Assembly (NCBI GenBank): GCA_965644295.1
Contig: CBFFRP010000389.1
Location: 1 to 64,000 of the forward strand
Length of the DNA stretch: 64,000 bases
Source of the DNA: Paraphysomonas bandaiensis
Lineage: Eukaryota > Protista > Chrysophyceae
Direction of reading: 5' to 3'
Both the position numbers and the translations under genes were made by a program. Of this stretch, positions 35,561 through 48,083 are shown one piece after another (within the stretch, counting starts at the first letter, position 1; every line of letters starts with the position of its first letter). Below the pieces are notes generated by a model, which was not told the DNA's origin, made no database searches, and saw only the letters and a list, made by a program, of their open reading frames with translations.

Positions 35561-36320
35561 ACACGACGATGTAAGATGGTACGAGAAATGATTGGTCGTA
35601 GAGATAACATGAAATTGATAAATGAGAAGAGATATTGATTATAATCTTTCTTGTGATTTAAAATCTTACTTTTAAATAAAACCAGAAGAAATGAGAAGTA
35701 TATTAGTGATCAACGAAACTAGTATTAACTCAATTTAATTGCAAAACATATATCGTATCATACAGCAGACCAGAACAGATCATATCCAATATAGTGATTA
35801 GTATCGTGATACTTAATTCTCGATTCGCTTACCTCTGTATTGGAATATAAACATATAAACAACTAAAGCAAAAAGAGAAGAAAAGAAAGACGTAAAATAT
35901 AATATCAAAAGAAAATATATTGTGCAGAGGAAATTAAATGAGGGTGTGAAGAATCCTCATACTATCAGGATAACATTTTTATCTCAGCGCATTCTATCTG
36001 TATACAATTAAAATTTTGATCTCTTGCAAACACGTAAGTCTAACTTTAGAATACTTATTAAAAGAAAAGCAAGAGTATGTATTCCGCAGTCACAGGGAGG
36101 AGTATAACTCGTAGTATTTCAGCTATATATTATGACAAAACAATTATGTACTAACAAAAAACTTAATTTTTGACAGTTTGGATCAATAAAGAAGCCGACT
36201 ACTATACTATCTATTGTGGTATCATACAAGCAGCTATGAATGTATTAGTGAGTTCCAAGCGTTTTCTACCTTGCAGAATGAAATGTCCAGGCAATTTCAC
36301 ATGCTTTATCACCTCTTAGA

Positions 36321-39300
36321 TCATGAATTCATAACACACCTGAGAAGATATATACTGACACTGTAGAGATAATTCAAACACATTCTTACCGATTTACTCT
36401 GCAGTGGTCTATCAGGTCTTTCCATACATCACCTCCGCGTTTCAATTGCTTAACATCCCCCACTATCCATAGTGCATACTTTGCACGAGTGAGCGCGACA
36501 TTAAGTCGTTGCCACTCACTCATGAAACCTACGCCTTTGTTACTATCCAACGCACCCCGTGTATCACCTTTAACTGTTCGAACACAGGAGAAAATAATTA
36601 TGTCCATTTCTCGCCCTTGGAAACCTAACTACACATTACAGTTGTAATACTAGCACGTTCCATAATATACCCACCGTCCACGGTAGATATTTCTACCTTC
36701 CCACGAAAATAATCAGATCTGCCACTGACTCCACCCATCTGGGGACCATATTTCGATCTGAATATTCTTCTCAAATATTGCTGCTGTGCTTTATAAGCCG
36801 CTATGATTCCCACTCCACCAGAGCAATTTCTCGCATACTTTGACCTTATTTCGGCAAAGAGATTTAGTATAAAATCCCCCTATAACATATACTTGAGAAA
36901 TCTTGAATGTATAACTCAGGTACATACCTCAACTTTATTACAATAGCTGGTGCCAACTAATTCTTGCCGACCACGCCATATATTGTGCAATACCAGTGGA
37001 CGAAATTTTCCAGATGGATGATCATGATATGGTTTCCAATGTGAGCCGGGTAAACCATCTGGTTTTGTTTTCATTCGCGCATCGTCCACAAGTCGACCAC
37101 CGTAGAAGCGGCGAGAAGGAAACAGAGATATTTCGGGGTGCATTCTGTATTGAGTTTCCAACATTAATTTAGGGTAACCTGCTAAGTTTAAGCGCTAAGA
37201 AAAGTTGTAAGCGAAGAAGGAACCACATGATTGACTAATCTTGCCTCAAATAGGCTTTGTCCATAAGAAAAATTTACACAACTTGAGCTCTGAACAGTTG
37301 CCCGTAGTTGGTTTGGATCCCCCACCATAATTACCATCTGCAGCAGACATAACATTAGATCTCTGATAAAATCAATATAATTACACTGACTTTTGGATTA
37401 TATTTTAGTGGTATCAGAGTAGACGGCTCTACTGACTGCGATGCTTCGTCTATTATAACAACATCAAAACTGAAGGGGAGCTTCCCTTTCGAATTGGCAG
37501 AACTGGAGTCTCTTGAACTCGCAGTGTTTCCTCCCATAATGCACTCCAACAACTGCACCGATCCGGCACCACTTAGGGTACTGCAAACGACATCTGCTTC
37601 CTCTGCACAAATATGTCACACGCAATTCAAACAAAAACTAATATACACGATTACCCAGTATTATCTGGCGCAATCGCACTGTCCCTGGAATACGCGGTAA
37701 CATGTTTTGCCCCCGACTTTCCCCGGAATGCTTGTGTGCAGTTTCCAGATCACGACTGCATTTCAGTTATAACGAAGGGCACAATGACTGCAAATTATCA
37801 CCGTTTTTTTTCCACCAAGTAATCCAGAGTGAGGTCTAGAGTGTCTGTGTATTCACTGTCAGTCTCCGGTGAGGTAGATTTGGCATCTACAGACTGGCCA
37901 ATACGAACAATGTTAAGGTTGGGTCGACGCTTGCCATCTGGCCCCAACACCCCAACACGTTTCAGTCGGCCAGCTAACTGCACGGAAAACACTCAGATCC
38001 TGACAAACCACGGGCATTTAATATACCTCGTCAACAGCTGTATTCGAAGGGGCGCAAAATAAAATCCTCACTTTATTTGACGGGGTGATACGACCTGCCG
38101 ATGACACTTTCGTCCGTTGTCTCGACGTCAGTGATGCCCCTACGGTAACCTGCGCATGTCAGTGAGGTATATCTACGAAAATAAACCCACAACCTTCTGT
38201 CCAGACTTCTTGGGACCATCACCTGGTACGCCGACTTCTAGTAGCACAGAAATCATTCCTAGAATAGTATGCGTCTTGCCTGCATGGAATTTTCTCAAAT
38301 TGGGAGAGTTATCAAATAGAAATCAACCTGTTCCAGGTGGTCCCTGCAGCAAAAGGAGGGGATACGGTGAAGGCACGGCCTCAATGGGAAGGGGTTTCGT
38401 GTTTTCATCAGCCCGGCTATCCATAACTGAAGGCTTGCCCTCTGCTTTCTCAATGTTAGCCTGAGGCCAGCATATGCTAGAAATTGCCTTCAGTTGGGAC
38501 GAGTTATACTGAGCTTGTAGTTCACTCCACATTGTGAACGAAATGCCCTCAGGGCAGGTTGAATCGGCGCAAAGCATTGCGCTCACGGTATCAGCATATC
38601 GAGATGGGGACAACAACACATCCCGTAACTTTGGTCGAATCGCAGCCAGAGAGGACAGTGCTTGGCATTCGCGCGCTGAGGTCGTCGTGTTTCTGTAATA
38701 CATTAACATACTAATACATCTCTAATTATATATCTCACCCAATGGGACGAAGATTGAGAGGTGTACCCTCACAAATATCACCCTGCTGAAACCACCCCCC
38801 AAGTTGGTCTGCATCGTACTCATTACGGCCTCTCTTCCGCGAATCAGTGGAAGTTGATCCTTGTAATACACTCTCCATACACACTACAAGTTTATAACTA
38901 CTCAAATTGTCTTGACTGACCGCAGCCGTCTGCATGAGGTCACAATCTGGGTCCCAACCCTTGACAATACCGAGTGCTATTCTGCGCCATATCCCAAGAG
39001 TGTATTAAACATTCTCTCTTTACAGCATGCCAAACATCAAGCAATACCTGTCTGTCCATAAGTCACAAGTAATTGCCAATAAATCTCCCGGTACATATCT
39101 GGATACTCCTACACCAGATTTGTCCCCATCCTGTTGTATCATGTTTACGTCTATAACCCACAAGTTTCCTAGCTTTGGATCGTCCGCTGTGTCCAACGCT
39201 TCAGTAAATCGTGAGAGTCCAGTCACGACACTCTTTTGCCAACTCTGTACTGCCTGGTCACCATATCCGCGCCTATTATATTGGGCCGAGTAAATCGAGC

Positions 39301-40287
39301 TCACATGACCAACGGCTCCAACCTAAAGAAATATTAGTTTTCTTTATATATATGGCAGCAGTATGTGTACAATCTAGCCGGCTTCATTTACATACCTTTC
39401 CCTGCATGTTGCCTAAACCGAAGAGCACAGATGACATCCATGCTCGACATTCCTCCATGAGCAGTAAAAAGAACGTACGATTATGTTCCGCTGGACTACA
39501 AATAATGATGAAATAAAAAGTATACACACTGACGCAAGTAAAATTACCAGCTATACTCTAGAGCTACCGGCTTCAGGTACACAGGGTTCCAAAAGTCTGA
39601 CCATTCCAGCCAGAGTGCGGATGCTGCAGACACAGGATCATTTTTTGAGGAGTCACGAAGCTCTTCCTGGGTTGTCACGGCAGTATTGTTCCTTTTATTA
39701 CCAAAATTTCCAGAAGAATCGGAATTGCGTGGTGTATAAACGCATTTACAACGGAGAAGCATGCGATAAAAAGGAGACAGTGGTGGCCATAGGCAACGAC
39801 GCCAGTTCTGAATGACATTATTCACCGGTCGTACTGAGGACTTTATAGGCAACGTACTAACTGTACTATCCCCTCCATTACGGTGGCTAGAGATAGCTTT
39901 GCCAGTGTCTACCGAACCATTCACATCACTGGCATTTAGGGGCACTGCAGAACCTTTGCTTGACACAGATAGTAATTGCTGTAAAGCCCCTGCTGTATCT
40001 ACTTTAGTACTTTTACCAATTGGACTAACAACAGAATTGTTATCATTATCATCTGATAGATCCATAGATTCTTGTTCATCTCCTATAGACTGAGGTCTTA
40101 ATAGATTATTCTCATTAAACTCCATTGAAACTCTATCAGAATGATTTTTATTAATCTCTTGACTTATAAGAAGAGAAGATGATGTATCTTCATCACTAGA
40201 AGTATCTCCAATAGATTCTCCTGATAGAATACTTGCTGTATCACTAGATGAGTCACTGATTGATTCATCTGATATATTACACGCCAT
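36321..40287 (-). CDS. SEN1/senataxin-like (UPF1-family SF1B) helicase, many short introns
   Basis: YNSSQLKAI, LLQGPPGTG|KT, ILFCAPSNTAVDE, FDVVIIDEASQSVEPSTLIPL, MVGDPNQL, MLETQYRMHPEIS.FPS, GIIAAYKAQ, EISTVDG|FQGREMD, QRLNVALTRAK. Acidic Ser-rich N-terminus; no recognisable SEN1 N-terminal domain. Confidence 0.9.
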
Positions 40288-40843
40288 ATTCTATCCTTTG
40301 AATGAATAAGAATGATTTATAAATAAGAAAGAATATAAAGATTCATGATAAGAATGTAGAGTTTGTTATATGATGGTATGGACACGAGATGATGCTGTTA
40401 ATGTGAGTACAATCATTGGAATATAACACATACATATATACATATATATACATACATAGACATATACATACCGTACTATACGACATAAAACTATGTACAG
40501 TAGGATTCACTACGGTACATACTGTACATACACACAGGTACATCCTACTGTGTATATACCAGAGTATAGATAGATGGAGATGACTGCTGTACACATGTAC
40601 CAGTACATACCAGACATGTGGACACAAAGTGAATAATTTTTTGTGGTTTGAATTTGACTTCATTTTATAGTATCAGACATAAAAAAATGACACTACGTCC
40701 TTTAATTTTTTTTGAGTTTATGTGTCAGCTTTTTTTTGTATGGAAATCCCTGTAAACATACCGCGGGCCACCACAACTGTATGTAAAGGTATACCGTATA
40801 CATACACACATAGCTACATATGACTGATATACATACATATATA

Positions 40844-40988
40844 CGTATCAGCATCGTTTGTATATTTTTGTTCAAAGATGCCTCTAATATTGAGACAATA
40901 ATTATCTGTATTCCAGCCGTAGATATATGTAAGTATTATAGAGGAATTTTGCTTCAATTTATTTCCGAAAAGTGAGATGCTGACTGCC
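40844..40988 (-). mobile_element. ~145-bp dispersed element, copy 2
   Basis: Reverse complement of 31101-31237 and 59234-59378. Confidence 0.8.
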
Positions 40989-41064
40989 GATAGGTATATA
41001 TATAGATATGAACTGATCTCATAATCATCTGCTGTATTGCCACTCTATTAGCCTCATAGAAACT

Positions 41065-42807
41065 ATGAATCAGTGTTCATATATGTCGAATATATCTGCT
41101 CTTAATGATGATGTTCTTCGTGTCATCATCTCTATGATCCCACACACGGCTGTCCTTCCAGTGATATTAACTTGTAAGAGATTTCACGATATAGTATACA
41201 CTGACAAGAGGAGAATAGAGTCACATACATCTCACTACTGTATGACCAACTCAATGGTCTCATGGGCTCTGGCTATGGGTTGCTCATACATACCGCTAGT
41301 GTATACATGTGCACGATACGGCAGACTACAGCAGCTGGAGCATATCATGAGCCACATATACACACATACATATATACGGGACCTCACACACATATGGGAT
41401 AAGGAGTTGTCTCATCATCTTTCACACACTGCTGCTTATGGTGGGCACTTGGATGTTCTGAAGTGGCTACGTTCTCAGGACCCTCCATGTCCATGGGATG
41501 AAGAAACTTGCCATAATGCTGCTATTGGTGGACACTTGGATGTTTTGAAGTGGCTTCGTTCTCAGGACCCTCCATGTCCATGGGGTGAATTGACTTGCAG
41601 TGTTGCTGCACAGGGTGGACATTTGGATGTTCTGCAGTGGCTTCGTTCTCAGGACCCTCCATGTCTATGGGGTGAATGGACTTGCAGCGCTGCAGCAAGG
41701 GGCGGACACTTGAATATTCTGCATTGGCTTCGTTCACAGGAGCCTCCATGTCCATGGGGTGAATGGACTTGCAGGGCTGCTGCACAGGATGGACATTTGG
41801 ATATTCTTAAGTGGCTTCGTTCACAGGAGCCTCCATGTCCATGGGATGAATGGACTTGCAGGAGTACTGCACAGGATGGACACTTGGATATTCTGCAGTG
41901 GCTTCGTTCTCAGGACCCCCCATGTCCATGGGATGAATGGACTTGCAGTGCAGCCGCAGAGGGTGGCCACTTGGATATTCTGCATTGGCTTCGTTCACAG
42001 GAGCCTCCATGTCCATGGGATAAAGAAAGTTGCAGTGCTGCAGTAAGGGGTGGACACTTGGATGTTTTGAAATGGCTTCGATCACAGGACCCTCCATGTC
42101 CATGGGATAAAGAAAGTTGCAGTGCTGCAGCAAGGGCTGGACACTTGGACATTTTGCAGTGGCTTCGTTCTCAGGACCCTCCATGTCCATGGGATGAAGA
42201 GAGTTGCTGGATAGTTGCAGAGGGTGGACACTTAAATATACTGCAGTGGCTTCGTTCACAGGACCCTCTGTGTTCTTGGAATGAATGGACTTCTCTCAGT
42301 GTTACATTGGATGGACACTTAGATATTCTGCAATGGCTTCGATCACTGGACCCTCCATGTCCATGGGATAAAAATAATTGCAGGGCTGCAGCAGAGAATG
42401 GTCACTTGGATATTCTGAAGTGGCTTCGTTCTCAGGACCCTCCATGTCCATGGGGTGAAGACACTTGCAGCGCTGCAGCAAGGGGTGGACACTTGGATGT
42501 TTTGAAATGGCTTCGTTCACAGGATCCTCCATGTCCATGGGATGAAGAGAGTTGCAGCGCAGCTGCAGGGGAAGGACACTTGGATATTCTGCAGTGGCTT
42601 TGTTCTCAGGACCCTCCATGTCCATGGGATGAAGAGAGTTGCAGCGCAGCTGCAGAGGGTGGACACTTGGATGTTCTGAAGTGGCTTCGTTCACAGGACC
42701 CTCCATGTCCATGGAATAAAGATACTTGCGCAGCTGCAGAGGAAGGACACTTAGATATTCTGCATTGGCTTCGTTCACAGGACCCTCCATGTCCATGGAG
42801 TGAATAG
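41065..42807 (+). CDS. Intronless F-box-like + 16 x 29-aa ankyrin-type repeat protein
   Basis: N-terminal ISALNDDVLRVIISMIP..AVLPVILTCKRFHDIV fits the F-box pattern. An 87-bp tandem unit (41431-42804) encodes AAxxGHL(D/N)(V/I)LxWLRSQ(D/E)PPCPWxxxxCxx. Confidence 0.88.
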   Translation: MNQCSYMSNISALNDDVLRVIISMIPHTAVLPVILTCKRFHDIVYTDKRRIESHTSHYCMTNSMVSWALAMGCSYIPLVYTCARYGRLQQLEHIMSHIYTHTYIRDLTHIWDKELSHHLSHTAAYGGHLDVLKWLRSQDPPCPWDEETCHNAAIGGHLDVLKWLRSQDPPCPWGELTCSVAAQGGHLDVLQWLRSQDPPCLWGEWTCSAAARGGHLNILHWLRSQEPPCPWGEWTCRAAAQDGHLDILKWLRSQEPPCPWDEWTCRSTAQDGHLDILQWLRSQDPPCPWDEWTCSAAAEGGHLDILHWLRSQEPPCPWDKESCSAAVRGGHLDVLKWLRSQDPPCPWDKESCSAAARAGHLDILQWLRSQDPPCPWDEESCWIVAEGGHLNILQWLRSQDPLCSWNEWTSLSVTLDGHLDILQWLRSLDPPCPWDKNNCRAAAENGHLDILKWLRSQDPPCPWGEDTCSAAARGGHLDVLKWLRSQDPPCPWDEESCSAAAGEGHLDILQWLCSQDPPCPWDEESCSAAAEGGHLDVLKWLRSQDPPCPWNKDTCAAAEEGHLDILHWLRSQDPPCPWSE

Positions 42808-42894
42808 ATTTGCGGCTTCGCTGCCGCAGATGATGTTCAGAGGTAATGTAGCTTCCGTTGCAGGACATGTCATGTTCTTATGCAGAAATATTAC

Positions 42895-43395
42895 AATCTC
42901 AGAGTTTTCGCGTGTAGTGGATGAGCCATTGCATTTAATTTGAATCTGCCCCATTCCGAGGGCGTGGCCATAATGTAGGCTGGCTGGTGCCCCACCTATA
43001 ACACCAAGATATAGCACTAATTCTACTACCCACCCACCCATGTGCCAACTTAGCTGACCATATAGATCACGCGCAGATTCTGTTGTTCCCCCCACCTGTG
43101 TTAACCTTTGCTGAGATTACGCTGGATTTCTCATATTTATGCATGACTTTTATATATGTAATTCGCGCAGATTCTATTAGGACCATATGTACCTTCCCAT
43201 CATTACCTAACAAAGATTACGCGGGGATTCTCGTGACCATGCATGACTCAGTATAGGTCTAGTGTGACATTGGCCGCCCCCCTCCCTCCCCTAGAATGCG
43301 CGGGGTTTCTCGTAATCTCATATAGGCTATGCAGGTATAGTGTAGATCTAGCTAGAGCTTTCTTGATGCCAACACACGAATAATACGCTGAGATT
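42895..43395. repeat. Possible degenerate non-autonomous element with internal motif repeats
   Basis: Weak terminal inverted similarity (AATCTCAG...CGTGT / ACACG...CTGAGATT); recurring GATTACGC.GG..TTCTC and CGCGCAGATTCT motifs. No TSD seen. Confidence 0.35.
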
Positions 43396-44027
43396 TTTAT
43401 TAATAATCTATACGTTACTTAGCTTAGTCAACACTAGCACTTCACTAGGGTACGCTCTCAGAATGGGGCAACAACTAACATATTATGATTATACTGGTGT
43501 ACTGGTGTCCGGCCAATCCAGATATATGGCTAATAGGTGTATAATACTATTTAGAGATACTTGATAATAAAGATGTGGCAACTGCAGTTTGTTGTATGTA
43601 AAGTTTATCTTAAATGGTACTAATTATGATCAATATATTCTACATTATTGAAAAATATTCTACATCAATAGAATGCCCTCCGTAAATTATAGCCTGTTGT
43701 TCCGACAAAATACTTTAACAGTAGTCCGTTCTAAATGGAGACGTTTCATTCCGTACCGCTTGAATAACAAATACTACTATAACATATGACTACTATTTAA
43801 TGAGCTGTTGAAGTCACAAAATCTTAGGAAAAAGCACGAACAGTTAATACTAATACATAATAGCAGTAGCAGAATATAGTGGTCAACGACAACAAAGAAT
43901 CCTTTAAATGCATAAAAACCTCAAGATATTTTGAAATATAACGCTATAATAAACTAGCTCACTAGTACATAGTCACGTTTTAGCAGGACTGCACATAACG
44001 CAACTACGCTTTTTTAATTTAATGCAC

Positions 44028-46088
44028 CTAACACATGTACAACATAACGGACTGAGTATCTAATTTCGTGAACAAAACTCCGCCGCGATCTTCTACTACC
44101 TTCATTGAGGATACAAAACTGTTGATAACTCTCAATTTACCAGACACAGATACACTGATTGATATATATCTTCTTCCATCTATTCTGGAGTCCTTGCTGT
44201 TGTCCAGTACAGTATCTATGCATTCAACAACGGGTGCCATGTCGAGTGCTGTTACAATATAATTGACTTCGCTTCTAATGAAAACAATAACAGCACGATA
44301 ATACTCAGCATCAATCGTGCAATTCACAGATTCGCATTGCACCGGGATGTTAAGCGGACCTATTGAAGCTCGAATTACAGCACTGTAAGTATCCTCCTTG
44401 CGATCAGTGGGCGTCGCTCTTGCAGTCAAGTTACAACGGCACCCTGTTTCCTGAGGGCCTAAGTGATCATGTGGTGCAGCATCATTACGAGTACTGCGGG
44501 AGATACTAGTGTCATTCAATGCGCGTAACTGGCGTTTAGAGGCGTCGGCAACACGCGCCGGTAGAGTTGACGCTATAGTAGACTGAGATGGGATCGCCAG
44601 CGGTTTATTGGCAATAAAGCGCTGTATCATGTCCAATGATTCCGCCGGACGAGACAGAGGTACCATATGACCTGCGTTCATTACTACGAGATTCTGAAGA
44701 TTGGCTGCAGTGCGCACGTACCCAGCTGGGCTATTGTCTACCACCCACGCGCCTGTACTATGTCAAAAAAGATTTTAATCGCCTAATATTAACTTACGTG
44801 TGCTTGCTTTCAACCACTGATCTCGACCATTCCAACGCAATTTATTGAGCATCTTTTCGGTTCCAAGGTGGTTACATATAATATCAAATTGTCCGGAGAA
44901 GAGAAGTACTCGCTTATTAGAATTGAGCACATAAGTGAGCTCCTCAACAGCTGGCTTGCCATCCTGATGAGCAAGAGCATAATACGGTGGGTCTGCACAC
45001 TCTTTGTATGCATGTGGTGTAGCGGTCGCGTGCAATGCCTGTCTAACATCTTTGCGATTTAAGTATCGCTCGACCTCTTCGTGCCCAGGAGGGTACGTCG
45101 ATGATCGACTCGTCTCACGCACATCATACATTGTCATACGACCAGTCGTAGGAGTGCCTGTATTTGCCAATACATCATCCAATAGAGAAAAACATATACT
45201 GCTTTTGAATTGCCCACGACGTAGTAGGGCCTGACAGTTCTTTTCCCTTTCCTTTAAAGTATATTTCTGACCAAGAGAAATGACACCCATCCCGTGCATG
45301 AAATCACTCACATCATATTGATTAAATGGATCAATCCAGCCATTACCTATCGCTATACCCTCTATATTAACTACCACATCATTGGATCCAACTTTCTTGT
45401 TTTTTTCCATGATATACTTTACCATAGAAGGAATGTAGTGACCAGCATGAGACTCTCCTGTCATATATATTTTACGGGACTGAAGTTGTCCATTCGATAC
45501 AGACACATATTCATTATGTAACTGAAAAAATTCCATTAACATCTTATAAAAATGACGATTGACTTCATCATCATTTTTTGGATACTTTGATTTCTTTGTA
45601 TACGATAATCCAGTACCCACTGGTTGATCTATAAATAGTAAATTCGCTGTATTATGCCACCCATATTTATTTAATACAACATTCCCATCTTTCAATTTAA
45701 GAGGCCCTAATTCAAGAAATAATCCATCCATACTTGAACATCCAGGTCCACCATTCATCCATATAATTAGAGGGTCTTGTTTAGCATCATTAAGTGATTC
45801 AAAGAGCCAATAAAAGAGTGCACTATGATCACTTTCAACATATAAATGTCCTGCATAACTGCGAGGAAAATTCCCAGAAAATAATGGAATATTTGATACA
45901 AAATGATCATCTTTAGTTTGACTTCGTAAGAATCTATTCGAGTAATTGAATGTATGTGTGTTGTTATCATATGGAGAGATGAGGGGATCTGATGGAGTTT
46001 TATTATAAGTGTTATCAGGAAGACGACGACGACCAAACACTAACCAACAAGACTGTAAAATGAAAAGCCATATCTTCAACTTTGACAT
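44028..46088 (-). CDS. Serine carboxypeptidase S10 (KEX1-like), at least 2 exons
   Basis: Signal peptide; WMNGGPGCSSMDG; catalytic GESHAGHY (Ser), SGQFDIIC (Asp), NAGHMVP (His). Intron near 44797-44753. The C-terminal end is uncertain. Confidence 0.92.
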
Positions 46089-46193
46089 ATTTGTTGGAGG
46101 GATGAAATGCTTTTGGTGGCACTGCACTGTGGAATAGATCCAACCAACTTAACACTCTTAGCAACATACTGCATACATAATACAGAGGTATTT

Positions 46194-46515
46194 TATGTAT
46201 GTATGTATGTATGTATGTATGTATGTATGTATGTATGTATGTATGTATGTATGTATGTATGTATGTATGTATGTATGTATGTATGTATGTATGTATGTAT
46301 GTATGTATGTATGTATGTATGTATGTATGTATGTATGTATGTACGTATGTATGTATGTATGTATGTATGTATGTATGTATGTATGTACGTATGTATGTAT
46401 GTATGTATGTATGTATGTATGTATGTATGTATGTATGTATGTATGTATGTATGTATGTATGTATGTATGTAGATGTATGTATGTATGTATGTATGTATGT
46501 ATGTAGATGTATGTA
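46194..46515 (+). repeat. Long (TATG)n microsatellite (~310 bp) between divergent genes
   Basis: Direct reading; it reads (CATA)n on the carboxypeptidase sense strand. Confidence 0.97.
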
Positions 46516-46601
46516 GGTAGGTGTGTGCAGGTAGCACATGTATAGCCGCAATTGTTATCCCCATTAAACACATCTGCATATATCATCATCCATCAATCTC
46601 A

Positions 46602-48083
46602 ATGGATAGAAGCGTATATCACAATAGGGAGTCAGTATCTCTCCCATGTGTCCTGATGATGGATTACAATGGATGGTATGTATGTGTATATATATGCAGT
46701 CATGTTTAATTCATATCTTACAGGTGGGCTCCTTTAAACTCACTCTATTATTCTAGTTCATCAAAAGTATTAGTATCTCGTCATCCAGAAAGTACTATAG
46801 AAGAAATTGTAAGCCACTACTGTCCACAGTGCTTAAACAAATACATTGAAGATGATGTACACACTTATCGTAATAAGTGTCCTTCCTGTTTTACTTGCCC
46901 GATCTGTTGCAGTCCATTAAATGTAGTAGGATTGGATAAAGATTCTTGCTGTTTTCAGTGTGGGATGTGTACATGGAGATCTGATAGTAGTAATTTGACT
47001 AGTAGTGACATGCAAGGGCTCGAAGTTTTAGTCATGGAGAAAGAACGAGATGTATATAGAGAAGATGCTTTCAATGCACTTTATTCTTCATACATGACTG
47101 GGACCGCATCTGACAAGCAGTTGAACTCTCCGAGGCCTGAAACATGGAACTGGTGTGATGCCGAATTAGCGCAGCAACACAAATCTCAGTCGATAGGGTT
47201 CGATCCTAGAGAGAATAATGCACTTGACAAAATGCAGTTCAACAATGAAAACGAATATATAAATTCCGTTGCAAAGGCTTCTCAGTTTTCACATTTAACA
47301 ACCGTTTCTCAGCGACTGAATGGTCCTCATACGGCTCTCGCTTCAACGTTGTTGCCAGACCGCCTTCGCCTCCGCACTAAGAAGACGCTGCGCTGCAGAA
47401 AAGATTTCATAGAGCGTGAGATGAATATTCTTGTGCAACCTAAAACGTTTCCTTTGGAAGGAGACTCTTCTCACAAACTCCAACAAGGGAAGTGGTGGAC
47501 GAAAGATGCCTCCGCGATACACGAAGTACCTAAGCTCTCTGTTGTCCGTTTTAATTCTGATGTCGCTAAAGGCGTGGGCTTCCTTCACCTTGCAATTGCT
47601 AGCTTTAAAGAGGTTGATATTGCTGTGGCATTAACTGCGATTAGCGAAGAAGTGTGCAATGAGCGTGATGCCTCGTGTAGTGTTGACCTGCATCAACCAT
47701 TTCGCAATCCACCTGTGAGAGTGCAAAGCCTTAAATCTACTCACTTGTCTGGATTTTTAGTTCTCAGAGCTTATGAGGATGAGTTGCTGAGGGACGAAGG
47801 TAATATTGAAGAAATAGCTGATTTTGCCTCTGAAAATGAATCTGGTGAGTGGGGTGTTGAGACCAGCCAAAGTTCTAGTGTGGCAAAATTATGTGTTCCA
47901 GTGTGTCTTGATAGTATAAAAGAAGACCCCAAAATGCTGGAAGTATTGTTTTCGTATTACATAAAGGAATATGATGAGCAATCAGATATTGCTGACGACA
48001 AAGAGTCTTGCGAGGCTATGAAAAGCAAGTCCTTAAAGGTAGATGTGAGAATTGTAATACCGGTGAACATGGAGTTGACGTAG
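46602..48083 (+). CDS. DCTN4: Dynactin subunit 4 (p62), 2 exons
   Basis: EEIVSHYCPQCL...NKCPSCFTCPICCSPL...FQCGMCTW Zn-binding pattern; LRTKKTLRC...ILVQP. Intron ~46676-46723. Confidence 0.85.

Noticed and set aside
41431-42804. Regular repeat with variable segments, superficially CRISPR-like
   Set aside because: The unit is a multiple of 3 inside one ORF, the variable parts are homologous to each other, the context is eukaryotic, and there are no cas genes.
41522-42868. Repetitive antisense and alternative-frame ORFs (…HPMDMEGP…)
   Set aside because: They are shadows of the 87-bp coding repeat on the + strand.
46015-46589. Multiple ORFs of HTYI/MYVC repeats (also 30893-31447 and the 5' extension of 21371)
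   Set aside because: They are translations of (CATA)n/(TATG)n microsatellites, not proteins.
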